DNA of 64,000 bases from Piromyces finnis finn. Taxonomy: Eukaryota; Fungi; Neocallimastigomycota. Where the stretch lies: contig MCFH01000096.1 of NCBI GenBank assembly GCA_002104945.1, positions 35,032-99,031 of the forward strand. Reading direction: 5' to 3'. Positions 22,839 to 34,169 of this stretch are shown here, one piece after another; position 1 is the stretch's first letter, and every line of letters begins with the position of its first letter. Below the pieces are notes generated by a model. It ran no database searches and was not told the origin of the DNA. It saw only the letters and a list, made by a program, of their open reading frames with translations. Made by a program: the position numbers and the translations under genes.

Positions 22839-23693
22839 ATGACTGAAAATAAAAACAATTTTGAAAGAGCCGCTAGTATGGCTAAAGAAATAAGCCCTCT
22901 TGGCAAGAAAGATACTAAGTTCTTCAGATGGAAAATGGAACTTGAAGATATCTTAGAAGACTTAGCTCTTTCTGAAAAAGAAAAGAAGAGAATTGCTTTG
23001 CTTGCTACTACCGGTAACTCAAAGGATCTTTGTAGTGATATTTATTATGAAGATAGATCCCTATCTTATAATGAATTTATCAATAAAATATCTAACTTAT
23101 TTGAGGATGATAAAACCTCTAATAGAAACCTAAATAAGTTAGAAAAAATAAAAGTAAACAAAAGCTCTGTTAGAGAATTTAACCGTTCTTTTAACGACCT
23201 TTTGAAAGAAATTAAAGAAAGGGACAAGCCTTCTGAAGAAAGACTTGTTTTTCTTTATACAAAAGCTTTTAATAGGAGAACTTCTATATTAAATTCTCTT
23301 ATTAACAAACAACCAAAAACTTTAAAGGATGCTATGGTCATTGCTATTAAAGCAGATGAGCTTCTATCTGCTTATGAAAGTGATGATGAATATGTACCCA
23401 ATAAAAGAACTCAAAACAAAAATAATTATTATAAGAGAAAAATAGAAGTTGAAGATAAAACCTCTTATAATAATAACGAAAATAATAGTAGTACTGATAA
23501 TGAAAAGACTACTAAAGAAGAAGCTAAAGAATCAGATCTGGATGCTTTGACCAAAAGCTTTGCCCAGATGAAAATTCATATCTGCCACCGTTGTAACCAG
23601 AAAGGACATGATGCCCGCTTCTGCCCAAACGAAATGACCGATGTGAACAAAATCATAGCTACCCTCCTCAAAACCCAAAACCATTTAAATTAA
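22839..23693 (+). CDS. gag: Gag with CCHC zinc knuckle, family D
   Basis: CHRCNQKGHDARFC motif. It ends in ...NHLN* like the C Gag (...GHLN*). Confidence 0.87.
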   Translation: MTENKNNFERAASMAKEISPLGKKDTKFFRWKMELEDILEDLALSEKEKKRIALLATTGNSKDLCSDIYYEDRSLSYNEFINKISNLFEDDKTSNRNLNKLEKIKVNKSSVREFNRSFNDLLKEIKERDKPSEERLVFLYTKAFNRRTSILNSLINKQPKTLKDAMVIAIKADELLSAYESDDEYVPNKRTQNKNNYYKRKIEVEDKTSYNNNENNSSTDNEKTTKEEAKESDLDALTKSFAQMKIHICHRCNQKGHDARFCPNEMTDVNKIIATLLKTQNHLN

Positions 23694-23718
23694 ATGGGGG
23701 AAGTTCTCAATCTTCCCC
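23684..23718 (+). promoter_or_regulatory. Putative -1 frameshift signal (T TTA AAT plus GGGGAAG/CTTCCCC hairpin)
   Basis: In-phase heptamer at the gag stop, 7-bp stem 6 nt downstream. The next ORF is in the -1 frame. Confidence 0.78.
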
Positions 23719-23851
23719 TTCTAACTCCAAAATTGATAATAACCAAACCCACAACATCAACAACATTAATGAGCAAATCTATGTTGATGATACACGTGAT
23801 TTCCATAAAACAAAAAAATTTCCAAATTCTAAAGAAAAATTCTCTAACCCT

Positions 23852-25681
23852 TTGGTGGATGATCCAATCAATGATGATGATAAGGATTACGTTACACGTG
23901 ATCACGTGACAAATACAGTCGATGATAAGGACATCGAAAACCTTATTTATGCATTCAAGAGAAAAAGTTCTGAAGAAAGTGATGAAAGTGATGATGAGGA
24001 TCACGTGACTCAGTCGAAGAAAAAGAAACTTCGAGAAAATCCATTACCAATACACACAAAGGCCACTCAGATGAAAGAACAGCAAGAAATTCGTAATGAG
24101 AAAAATTCAAATTTTCATACCACTACTTCCCGCCTAGACATCTTAGACCCCTCGGTAATTGCAGGCAAGAATATTTCCTCTGCTAAGATGAAAAATAAAG
24201 AAACCAGAAATAAAAGAAGAATTGGTCCAGATATACCAAGTAAACAGGACGAATTAGAAGAAGTTATAGATAGCAAAAAGTCTCCCAAAAGCAACTATTA
24301 TGACTTCCTACGTTCTATTGTCATGTTGGGCAAAAATAAAGAATATAATATTTTTGATGCCCTTAATAATACAAATGCTGGTATCTCTTTTGCACAATTG
24401 CTTGCAGTCAGTCCTATCATCAGAAGACTTTGTGCCAAAGGTTTAAAGCTTGATCCAAATGACGTTCGGAAAATAAACGCCATTCAAAATATGGATCTTA
24501 ATGATGATGATATTAATTCATTTATTAATATCATTAATGAAAATTATAATAATAAAAATAATGAAAACAATGATGATGCTGATAATGACAATGATGATGA
24601 TATTATCAATATAGCAGATAACGAAATTAATGTCATTAATAAAATCAACATTGCTTCTGTCATTGGCTCAATTGATAATAACATTGTCCGAGTTTTAGTA
24701 GATACTGGTTCTGATGTTAATGTTATTACTAAATCCTTCTTTAATTTAATATCAGCAAATCATAATATTACACATTTTAAGAGAACTTTCTTTAAATTAG
24801 CTAGCAAACAAGTTATTTCAACAAATCAAGCTGTTAATTTAACTCTTAAATTTGGTGATTTAAAAATCTATGCATTATTCTGGATTCTAGAAGATGAAGA
24901 TTCATGTTATGATATTATATTAGGTCGTCAATCTCAAAAGAATCACCGATTATACATTGATCCTGATGATGACTCTCTCTACATGAAAACTAATTCATCT
25001 CCTATTATGGTTGCTCGTCCCTCAAATTTTAAACAAAATAAAAATAATCTTTCAAATATTTCAATGATTCATTGTTTCAATCCATCAAATATTAATGAAT
25101 CTCAATTTAATTCATTTAATAATAATATCAAAATTCAAAATTTTAATTCGACTTTTAACAATAAAAACAAACTTTTATATTCAATTAAATTTCGACATTT
25201 ATTCAAATTTAAAAATAAATATTTTTATCCAAAATATCACATTTTTCATTCAAATTTCAGCAAATTTCCAAAAAGAATTAAAAACGATTCACTTATTAAA
25301 TTTTCAATTAATAAGTCAAATCTTGTCGGCCGTGATGAAGCAGAAAAAACGCCAATTATTCACGAAAAATGCCACAAAATCAAGATATATAAAAATAAAA
25401 GTAAAATTCTAAAATATAATCATTTGAATATTAATATTAACAGGAAATTAAAATCAAGAAAAAAGCGAAATAAACAAAATGATATAATCAAAAATTCATC
25501 AAATAATTCGTTTAAGAATATATATTTCAGTATAATAAAAAGTGTAAAAGAAAGTATTTCAAATTCAATTATTTTCAATCTAAAAGATTATATCAAATCA
25601 GTAACTTCAATTTTAAAACGACATTATTTCGACATATTAAAATCAAAATTTCATCTATTTTCAAAGTTTAAAGAAAGATAA
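23852..25681 (+). CDS. Spacer plus retropepsin-type aspartic protease plus low-complexity tail, family D
   Basis: VLVDTGSDVN and DIILGR protease motifs. YNIFDALN...ISFAQLLAVSPIIRRLCAKGLKL aligns with the C segment YDIFEDLN...ITYGQLFNVCPKIRTQLSQGLKL. Confidence 0.83.
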   Translation: MVDDPINDDDKDYVTRDHVTNTVDDKDIENLIYAFKRKSSEESDESDDEDHVTQSKKKKLRENPLPIHTKATQMKEQQEIRNEKNSNFHTTTSRLDILDPSVIAGKNISSAKMKNKETRNKRRIGPDIPSKQDELEEVIDSKKSPKSNYYDFLRSIVMLGKNKEYNIFDALNNTNAGISFAQLLAVSPIIRRLCAKGLKLDPNDVRKINAIQNMDLNDDDINSFINIINENYNNKNNENNDDADNDNDDDIINIADNEINVINKINIASVIGSIDNNIVRVLVDTGSDVNVITKSFFNLISANHNITHFKRTFFKLASKQVISTNQAVNLTLKFGDLKIYALFWILEDEDSCYDIILGRQSQKNHRLYIDPDDDSLYMKTNSSPIMVARPSNFKQNKNNLSNISMIHCFNPSNINESQFNSFNNNIKIQNFNSTFNNKNKLLYSIKFRHLFKFKNKYFYPKYHIFHSNFSKFPKRIKNDSLIKFSINKSNLVGRDEAEKTPIIHEKCHKIKIYKNKSKILKYNHLNININRKLKSRKKRNKQNDIIKNSSNNSFKNIYFSIIKSVKESISNSIIFNLKDYIKSVTSILKRHYFDILKSKFHLFSKFKER

Positions 25682-27161
25682 AACCACATTAAACATTTAT
25701 ATACAAATAATACGACAATTACATTACAAAAATATTTACACTACGACATTTAACAAAATTTCACTTCATTTTTTTTATTTCTCTTTGAAAAAAAATTTTA
25801 TTAATAAAAATTTTCAAATTTTTCATCATTTTTTTTATAAACCTTATTTTATATTATTTTTATCATATATATATATATATATATAGAAAAAAAAAAAAAA
25901 TTAAATTTTTAAATCTTTAGTATAAAAATATCAAAAACTTATATATTTATTATTATTTATGAATATTTTTATCAGCTACCACTAAGTCGTATCTTAGGGG
26001 AGGAAATCTTGATAAATAATAATTATAAATATATTATACATTTGATATTAGTAGAAATTTTTATTATAAAATAATTATTAAATAATTTTATATAGTTTAT
26101 TATAAAAATATAATTTACATAAAATCAAATATTTTATAAATTTATATATTTGATTGGGTTAAATTATAAAAATAATTTTTATTATAAAGAATAATAATAA
26201 TTTTTAGTAGAAAATGGGAAGACTTAACATATTAATAAGAAGTTGAATTTTTAATAATAGTTAATATAGTTAGTTAAATAATACATAATAATAATTAAAA
26301 GACAAAAATAAGTTTTTATATAATAAAAATTATTGTTAAAAAAAGTATAAAAACAATAAATAAAAGAAAATATAAAAACGAAATTAAACTTGTCTAGTTT
26401 GTAATTATTGTGTTAATAATAAATAATATTTTATAGAATAAATCTGGTGTTATTATTCTATATAAATATTATTAAATAATAAAACTATAAATATTATAAA
26501 ATATTATAAAATAAATTAAAATAAATAATAAAACAAGTAGATATTGTTAAAGCTCGTACAATAGCTGTCGAGATAAAACAATATAAGGTAACGAATAAGT
26601 AGTTTAAAAAGTTGTAATATAACTACCAATCCGTTATCACAGAAATTGTAAAAGGTTTTTATATATGTTAGTTAATAAGTTAAATATAACAAGTTAATTA
26701 AGTTAGTTATTACCTCTCTATACGAGTTAATAACTAAATAAAGTTTTATAAAAAATAATAAAAGAACTAAAATAAATATTATAACACAAAAATAAATATA
26801 ACACAATAAATATTAATATGAAATATTATTTACTTAAATAATTATTATAATTATTATCTTTTATTTATTAGTTATAATTATATACATTAATTATTATTAT
26901 AGCTATTAATTTACTTTAATACTAACGCTAAAGTATTTAACGTTAGTTTTGACTATACTATTTAACTATATGAGTTTATTTTCTTTACCACTTGATTGGG
27001 TAAAGCAAATAAACTTCCTATTTAATTAATAACCATTAATATATGGTTATGCATATATTTGGCCAATAAATGGTGACCAGAATATATGGTTTCAATTGAA
27101 ATATTTGTGGGCAAACTTATGGCCACAAATATTTCTTACAATGCCCCCCTAAGGAGAAAAC

Positions 27162-30100
27162 CTAGGCAGGGTTTTGGACACTAACCATGAATTCCTGGTA
27201 GCATTTATCTTGAAATTCCTTGAGTAGCTTATCATAGTGGGAGTTCTTGTCAATGATATCGGCATCAACCCACTCTTGTCTAAAGTCACTAAAGGTAGCT
27301 AAGTATTGGTAGTTATCCTTCTTTCTTCTGGCATTCATGATTTTGATAATTTTCTGGTAGCCCACTGGTGCAGGTGTTAGTTCTTCAGGTTTGTTATGGT
27401 AGGGTTCAAGTTCACTGATATGAAACACAGGGTAGACATTGGGGAAAGGTGACTTGCTGATATCTAACCGGTAGTTGAACTTGCTTTCATCAATTCCAAT
27501 AACCTTGAAGGGACCGTACTTTCTTGCTTGTAGCTTGTAGAAGGGAAGAGGGTTGTAATTTTCTGGTTTTCTTAACCACACCAAATCCAGGAGCCTAATT
27601 TTAGGGTAGTTAAGTTCTCTTCTATGGTCCAAATGGTCTAAGAACCGTGTTCTTGATATGTCCAACATGTGCTTTAAGTTACCTAAGTTGTGAGCGAAGC
27701 TATCTAATATAGGAGCTTCACCAAGTGAGTGGACAAGTTCTGAGTCTTGAGGGTTCATATGTACATGGTAGTTATACAAGGCTAGGAATGGGGACTGCTT
27801 AGTAGAACTGTGCACTGCATTATTATAACAGAACTCAGCTAAGTACAAGTACTTCAACCATTCGTCGTCATCAAAGGTCTTCACAAAGCATCTAAGGTAC
27901 ATACTTACGTAGGAGTTGTTACGTTCTACCTGACCAACTGTTTCATGATGGCCAGTAGTAGCAAGGTTTACTTCTACGCCAAAGAACCCCATAATGTCCT
28001 TCCACAACTTACTAGTGAACTGGACACCACGATCCGTAGTAACCGATTTGGGACAACCATGTAACTTGAATACATGTTGTAAGTATGCTAAGGCTGTTTC
28101 TTTAGCAGTAGGCATACTCCTAAATCCCACTAAGTGTATCATCTTGGTTAACTTATCGCTACAAACCATGATACAACCTCTTCTAGTGACTTCTGGGGGT
28201 TCTGAGGGACTACTACCTGGTTTTCTACGTTCCTTAATAGGTAGGTCCGTCAGGAAGTCAATTTCTACTTCTTGCCAAGGTAAGTCTGCAACTTTTACCC
28301 TAGCAGCGCTACCGTACGGCTTGTGTCTGTTGTCCTTTTGGGTACAACATATGGTACAAGCTTTAATATATCCCGCAATGTCATCCTTCATTTTTGGCCA
28401 GTAGTAGTTTCTGGCTATCAGGTCATAAGTTTTATCTTTTCCCAGATGACCTGCTGTTTCACTATCGTGGTTAAGTTTTATGATTGTTTCTCTTAACACC
28501 TTTGGTACATATGTACGTTCTGGTGCATCCTTTCTAACAATCAACCCATTAACCATCAACCACTTCTTTTTGATGAGCTTGTGGCCTCTTTTTGCGTCAA
28601 GACCATCTCTAATTTCCCTAGCAAGCTCATCCGTGTTGTAAGCTTGTTTCAGTTCTCCTACAAAGCTTACTTCTAACACCGCATAGCACTCTTCTTCCAC
28701 GGGTGGAAATTCTTTTACCTGTTCAGGTCGAAGGAGGCTAGCTTTTTCCATCTCCAGTTGTACCTGTTCTGGAGATACCATTCTTGATAGGATATCGGCT
28801 CTACCATTCATTTTCCCTGGCCGATATATTATTTCGAAGTTGTATGCAGCAAACAGCTCTTGCCATCTTGCCTGTCTTGCTGTCAACAACTGTGGTTTTG
28901 TGGCGAACAGGAGATTCCTATGGTCACTATATACTAGGACCTTATGTTTCGCACCCATTAACAGGTGTCGCCACTCGATGAAAGCATTCCTAATAGCCAA
29001 CAACTCCTTTTCCGTGATGGAGTAGTTGATTTCTGCTTTCGTAAGCTTCTTGGAATAGTAATACACAGGGTGTAATTCGTTGTCATCGCCTAGTTGTGAT
29101 AATACACCACCCACTGCGTAGTTACTAGCGTCGCACTCCACTATAAACTGACGGTCATGGTCAGGATATGCTAATACTGGTGGAGACAACAGCATTTCTT
29201 TTAACTTCTCGAACGCCTGGATGCGTTCTTCATTCCACAGGAACTGTACCTTTTTGGACGTCATAGCATATAACGGCCTTGCTATCTTAGAGAAGTCCTT
29301 TATAAACTTCCTATAATAGTTGCAGAATCCAAGGAATGACTGTAGTTCCTTGATGTTGGTTGGTTGTGGCCAACTTGCTACAGCTTTTAACTTTTCTGGG
29401 TCGGTTTTAATACCATATTTTCCAACTACATGACCCAGGAATGCAAGTTCTTCCTTGTGGAACTCACACTTTGCTAACTTAGCTACTAGACGATTATCTA
29501 TTAGCTTTTGTAGGACTCTTTTTACATGCCCTACATGCTCTTCAAATGACTTGGAGTAGATGATGATATCATCCAAGTACACTTGACAGCAGTCGTTGAT
29601 TTCTTCTGCCAGCACCGTATTAATGAACCCTTGGAACGTGGCAGGAGCATTAGTCAACCCAAATGGCATCACTAGATATTCATAATGCCCAAACTTGGTT
29701 GAGAATGCCGTCTTGTATTCATCACCTTCACGAATACGCACGAGGTTGTAGGCAGACTTCAAATCCAACTTGGAGAAGATAGTCGCGCCTTTCATAGCCT
29801 CAAACACTTGACTGATGAGTGGTAAGGGGAAGGAGTTACGCACTGTTACCTTATTAAGGCGCCTATAGTCAGTACATAATCGTCTTTCACCACTCTTTTT
29901 GGGCACGAATAACACAGGATAACCTGCAGGACTCTCTGACTTCCTGATGAAGCCCTTTGCCAGGTTTTCCTCTATATATTCCTTCAATGCTTTTTCCTCT
30001 TCTGGGTTGAAGGGATATATAGGCCCTTTATGGAGACTAGCATCTGGCTCCAGATCGATCTTACAGTCGTAAGGACGGTGTTCTGGTAGCTGGTTAGCTA

Positions 30101-32747
30101 TCTCTTCATTAAATGCTTCTTTGAAATTGTGGTAGTACTTCTCCACGATTTCTTCAGGTGTGGGTTGATTTTCGTTTAAGTTTTCTTCCTGTACCAACCC
30201 TACGTAAATGTGATTTTTCTCTAAGTTCGACTCTTGTACCAACCCTACTGAAACACAAGTTTTCTCTAAGTTGGATTCAAATGTCAACCCTCCGGAATCA
30301 CATTTTTTCTCTAAGTCAACACTCTGTACCAACCCTACTGAAACGGGATTTTTCTCTAAGTCAGAACTTCGTGTCAACCCTCCGGAAACACATTTTTTCT
30401 CTAAGTTAGCACTCTGTATCAACCCTACTGAAACACCAGTTTTCTCTAAGTTGGAACTCGATGCCAACCCTCCGGAACTTCCGTTTCTGGTTTCTCTTGT
30501 AGCCTTGTGGCTACCATTACCCACAATTTCGGCTTCTATATTTTCCGCAGTTACAGTTACCAGAGGCCTTCTTGCTTTTGCATTAGTAACTGTATTTATG
30601 GGACTTAATTGAGTACAGTAGTAGATATCGCCACCATTTACACCATAACTATTGGTGTGTCCTTTATCCTTATCATTATCTACTACGAAGTACCTCACTT
30701 GTGCATCTTTATCATAACCTCTGTAGATAAAGTGCTCATCCATGAAGCCCAGTCCCACAATGATCATCTCCGGCATATTGTCGGATAGGTGACAACTTGT
30801 GTTGAAGCAGTATGGTTTAGCTTCTTGTTCGCCAGATGGAGTTAACCATAACTTCAACTGCAAGTCATCTGAGAACTGCTTTAATTCGATATCACCATTC
30901 ACAGTTCTGAATATGGCTGGTTTGTCCACTACCTTTAACCCGAGCTTCTTTGCTAAATTTGGGTGAATGAGGTTTGTAGTGGAACCAGTATCATACAAGA
31001 CTTCTACCCTTTTTATATCTCGAGGGTTGCTTCTTGCATTTATTTCAGCTACTAATTGGTTCTGACTGTAGTAGCTGTTATTAACCGTCGTTTGACTTGC
31101 CATAGCCTTAGGTAATGGGTTATTTCCCATACTAGAAGGTCCTTGCCTTGGTTGGAAGCTAGAACTTCTTCTAAAGCTTGACTTATTTAATGATTCACGA
31201 CGTTCTTTAATACCGTTATTGTTTTTTGCGTAAGCCTGAGTGTTGGTCTGCTCAACTTTAGGCTTATTATTTGGCTTGTTGTTCTTCTGCTTTAACTCAG
31301 CCCATCTAGATGGTCTACATGGGTCTGTGATGTCCAACAAGGCCATAATAGTGGTCTGGCGATCTCTTTTGTCGTACTTTTCTATGGTTTCATTACGGAA
31401 GACTGCTTGGTGATCATCGCACTTTAACAAGACTTCACTTAATGTTTCCAGCGTACGTTCCTGTTCAGGGATATCATAGAACGCTTCCCTGACAGAAGGC
31501 CTGACCTGTTGTATTAACACCTGTCTCCTAACATTTTCAGGAAGCCCAAGTGTTTCCGTCAATTCATTGAACTCTTCCAAGTAGTCGTAAGCTTTTCCCC
31601 ACTCATGTGTGAGTTTAAGCAACTTTGACTTGCAGAGTTCATGGGGAGACTCTGGTGGAAACTTATCTTGAAGGTGGAGGAATAGTCTTTCAGCATCAGG
31701 ATTCCTACGCTGCAACATCCTCTCTCTAAGTCTATACCATCTCAATACTTTCCCACCTAGATGATCTTCAATGAAGCTAACCTTTGCCTTTTCGTCGTTA
31801 CCATAGTCATATGGATAACGTTTGAAATGACGTAAGCACTTCTCTTGAAAACCCTCTAAGTCTATCCCATTATTATCAAACATAGGCACTTTTTCTTCAT
31901 ACCTATGTACTCGCCAGTCGAACATCTTCACGTCCCCATCCTCGGAGTATTCCGTAGGGTTGGTGCTGCTACTAGTTCCAGCACCATGAGGATTACCCGT
32001 ACTACCGGTTTGATAGGATGTTCTTTCATGAGCTCTGGCTTCAGCTCTTCTGTTCATGGCTTCGACTTTAGCCTCGAACAATTTTTCTCTTTCTTCTAGA
32101 GCGTTTCGTTGCTCCCTCAATCTGGCCATCTCTTCTTCAAGCTCTTTTTTATAAGAGACAAAGGCACTAGATTGACGGTACAACGTTTCTTGGTTGTTTA
32201 GCACTTGCTGGTGGTCTTGTAACCTTTCCTCATGTTCTGCGGTAAAGGCATTTTCCACAGCATGCAGCTCTTCCAAGCTAACTTGGCTAGCTGACTCATT
32301 AGCTTCCAACCTTTGATCCACTTCAACAAATTTTTGCTGAAGAGCATCGTTTATCTCGCTCTTGTAAACCTCAATACCACGAAGTTGTTCTTCCATAGCA
32401 CCCAGACGGTTTCCCATACTAGCAAACTGGCTAGATATTTCCGAAACCCATCTATTAAGAAGAACCTCAATGTGTTGCATTGGGTTTACCTCACTATTAT
32501 TAGTAAAAAAGAAAGAAGGATCAACAGGGGCGGGCATAGAATCCCCCTGTTGAACCTGTAAATTCTGATTAGATTCGACCTCAGTGCTTTCGAGAAGCAC
32601 CGGGGTTCGAACCCGTGACATTCCCTCTACACCATCCATGCCATCCGCGCTCGCCGCGTCAGGACGGGTCCCGTCCCTTACGAATGATGTTTTTGTGTCC
32701 AATTTATGGACACCCCGAGGGTTAGGCGACTTACCTGCGTTTTTCAT
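27162..32747 (-). CDS. gag-pol: Gag-Pol polyprotein (single ORF): coiled-coil Gag, PR, RT, RH, IN, chromo-like tail
   Basis: LYDTGS, YLDDII, ECDASN, HHCC, DDE, KYGPF, YQYLATF..QEWV. Confidence 0.96.
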   Translation of the reverse strand: MKNAGKSPNPRGVHKLDTKTSFVRDGTRPDAASADGMDGVEGMSRVRTPVLLESTEVESNQNLQVQQGDSMPAPVDPSFFFTNNSEVNPMQHIEVLLNRWVSEISSQFASMGNRLGAMEEQLRGIEVYKSEINDALQQKFVEVDQRLEANESASQVSLEELHAVENAFTAEHEERLQDHQQVLNNQETLYRQSSAFVSYKKELEEEMARLREQRNALEEREKLFEAKVEAMNRRAEARAHERTSYQTGSTGNPHGAGTSSSTNPTEYSEDGDVKMFDWRVHRYEEKVPMFDNNGIDLEGFQEKCLRHFKRYPYDYGNDEKAKVSFIEDHLGGKVLRWYRLRERMLQRRNPDAERLFLHLQDKFPPESPHELCKSKLLKLTHEWGKAYDYLEEFNELTETLGLPENVRRQVLIQQVRPSVREAFYDIPEQERTLETLSEVLLKCDDHQAVFRNETIEKYDKRDRQTTIMALLDITDPCRPSRWAELKQKNNKPNNKPKVEQTNTQAYAKNNNGIKERRESLNKSSFRRSSSFQPRQGPSSMGNNPLPKAMASQTTVNNSYYSQNQLVAEINARSNPRDIKRVEVLYDTGSTTNLIHPNLAKKLGLKVVDKPAIFRTVNGDIELKQFSDDLQLKLWLTPSGEQEAKPYCFNTSCHLSDNMPEMIIVGLGFMDEHFIYRGYDKDAQVRYFVVDNDKDKGHTNSYGVNGGDIYYCTQLSPINTVTNAKARRPLVTVTAENIEAEIVGNGSHKATRETRNGSSGGLASSSNLEKTGVSVGLIQSANLEKKCVSGGLTRSSDLEKNPVSVGLVQSVDLEKKCDSGGLTFESNLEKTCVSVGLVQESNLEKNHIYVGLVQEENLNENQPTPEEIVEKYYHNFKEAFNEEIANQLPEHRPYDCKIDLEPDASLHKGPIYPFNPEEEKALKEYIEENLAKGFIRKSESPAGYPVLFVPKKSGERRLCTDYRRLNKVTVRNSFPLPLISQVFEAMKGATIFSKLDLKSAYNLVRIREGDEYKTAFSTKFGHYEYLVMPFGLTNAPATFQGFINTVLAEEINDCCQVYLDDIIIYSKSFEEHVGHVKRVLQKLIDNRLVAKLAKCEFHKEELAFLGHVVGKYGIKTDPEKLKAVASWPQPTNIKELQSFLGFCNYYRKFIKDFSKIARPLYAMTSKKVQFLWNEERIQAFEKLKEMLLSPPVLAYPDHDRQFIVECDASNYAVGGVLSQLGDDNELHPVYYYSKKLTKAEINYSITEKELLAIRNAFIEWRHLLMGAKHKVLVYSDHRNLLFATKPQLLTARQARWQELFAAYNFEIIYRPGKMNGRADILSRMVSPEQVQLEMEKASLLRPEQVKEFPPVEEECYAVLEVSFVGELKQAYNTDELAREIRDGLDAKRGHKLIKKKWLMVNGLIVRKDAPERTYVPKVLRETIIKLNHDSETAGHLGKDKTYDLIARNYYWPKMKDDIAGYIKACTICCTQKDNRHKPYGSAARVKVADLPWQEVEIDFLTDLPIKERRKPGSSPSEPPEVTRRGCIMVCSDKLTKMIHLVGFRSMPTAKETALAYLQHVFKLHGCPKSVTTDRGVQFTSKLWKDIMGFFGVEVNLATTGHHETVGQVERNNSYVSMYLRCFVKTFDDDEWLKYLYLAEFCYNNAVHSSTKQSPFLALYNYHVHMNPQDSELVHSLGEAPILDSFAHNLGNLKHMLDISRTRFLDHLDHRRELNYPKIRLLDLVWLRKPENYNPLPFYKLQARKYGPFKVIGIDESKFNYRLDISKSPFPNVYPVFHISELEPYHNKPEELTPAPVGYQKIIKIMNARRKKDNYQYLATFSDFRQEWVDADIIDKNSHYDKLLKEFQDKCYQEFMVSVQNPA
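30162..30476 (-). repeat. 45-bp (15-aa) coding tandem repeat x7 in the PR-RT spacer
   Basis: SGGLASSSNLEKTGV / SVGLIQSANLEKKCV / SGGLTRSSDLEKNPV / SVGLVQSVDLEKKCD / SGGLTFESNLEKTCV / SVGLVQESNLEKNHI / YVGLVQEENLNENQP. Confidence 0.92.
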
Positions 32748-33037
32748 TTCTAGTTCGAAAATAAATTCTTTTAATAAATTAAAGAATTTATTATATAAAA
32801 TATGGTTATAATGAATTTTAAAATTTAAAAATAATGAATTTTTATTGCTAAACTATTAAAAAATAATTATTTTTAATAATAAATTTACTTCTTTTAAATA
32901 TAATATTTGAATATTATATAAAATATTGTAAATAATTATTATTAAACAATAATTTAAATAAAATAAAATATGTTTTTTAAGAATTTTTAATAACACTAAC
33001 CTAATTAAAACTAAGCTAACGTAAGAACTAACTATAA

Positions 33038-33048
33038 AGCGTTAGTAT
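33038..33048 (-). promoter_or_regulatory. Self-priming PBS of element E
   Basis: Minus-strand ATACTAACGCT is complementary to the LTR 11-mer at 33321-33331. Confidence 0.83.
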
Positions 33049-34169
33049 TGTAAAAGGTTTTTATATATGTTAGTTAATAAGTTAAATATAACAAGTTAAT
33101 TAAGTTAGTTATTACCTCTCTATACGAGTTAATAACTAAATAAAGTTTTATAAAAAATAATAAAAGAACTAAAATAAATATTATAACACAAAAATAAATA
33201 TAACACAATAAATATTAATATGAAATATTATTTACTTAAATAATTATTATAATTATTATCTTTTATTTATTAGTTATAATTATATACATTAATTATTATT
33301 ATAGCTATTAATTTACTTTAATACTAACGCTAAAGTATTTAACGTTAGTTTTGACTATACTATTTAACTATATGAGTTTATTTTCTTTACCACTTTATTG
33401 GGTAAAGCAAATAAACTTCCTATTTAATTAATAACCATTAATATATGGTTATGCATATATTTGGCCAATAAATGGTGACCAGAATATATGGTTTCAATTG
33501 AAATATTTGTGGGCAAACTTATGGCCACAAATATTTCTTACAGAAATGTCACAATAACATATATAAAAATTTAAAAAATTTGGACACATGGAAAAAATTA
33601 AAAATTTTTTTTAAAATTTGAAAATTTGAAAATTTGAAAAAATTTATTTTTTAAATTTTTATTAAAAAATTTCAAAGTATAAAATTTCTAATATTTGAAA
33701 TTATTAAATTTTTTAAAATTATTAAAATTTTATTATTAAAAATTTTATTTTAAATTTATTTATTAACTATTTACAATAATTATATTAATTATTAATTTAT
33801 AAAAATTAAATATTTTATAATTAGATAATAATTAATTAAAATTAAAAAATGTAATAATTAAAATTGTTCATGTATAAAAAGAACAAAAATTGACAAAAAT
33901 TACGAAGCTTTAGCGTTAGTAATTTTTTAACCTAAAGTTAATAAAATTTATAAACTCCTATAAAACCTAAAACTTTAAAAATTTTAATATTTTTAATAAC
34001 TTAATATATGCTGATATTAAGTTATTGCTAAAATAAAAATATTATTTAAATTTCTTTATATAAATATTATTAGCTTTACGCCTTCAATAGGAAAGCGTAT
34101 TATATTTATTAATTAATATAACTAGTGTGCTTACCACACTTTTCTTTAATAAAAAATCGCTTTTTGACA

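Larger units (their letters stand above)
22108..26639 (+). mobile_element. Family D non-autonomous LTR element (Gag plus protease only)
   Basis: Near-identical LTRs 22108-22738 and 26010-26639, PBS TGGTGGAGA (22741-22749), PPT AGGGGAGGAAA before 26010. No RT, RNase H or integrase motif between the LTRs. Confidence 0.9.
26647..33542 (-). mobile_element. Full-length Ty3/gypsy element, family E
   Basis: 494-bp LTRs 26647-27140 and 33049-33542, TSD GAAAT (26642-26646 and 33543-33547), PPT AGGGGGGC, single intact ORF. Confidence 0.97.

Noticed and set aside
21685-30476. 14-bp and 45-bp arrays considered as CRISPR-like
   Set aside because: There are no unique spacers, the context is eukaryotic, and the 45-bp unit is coding.
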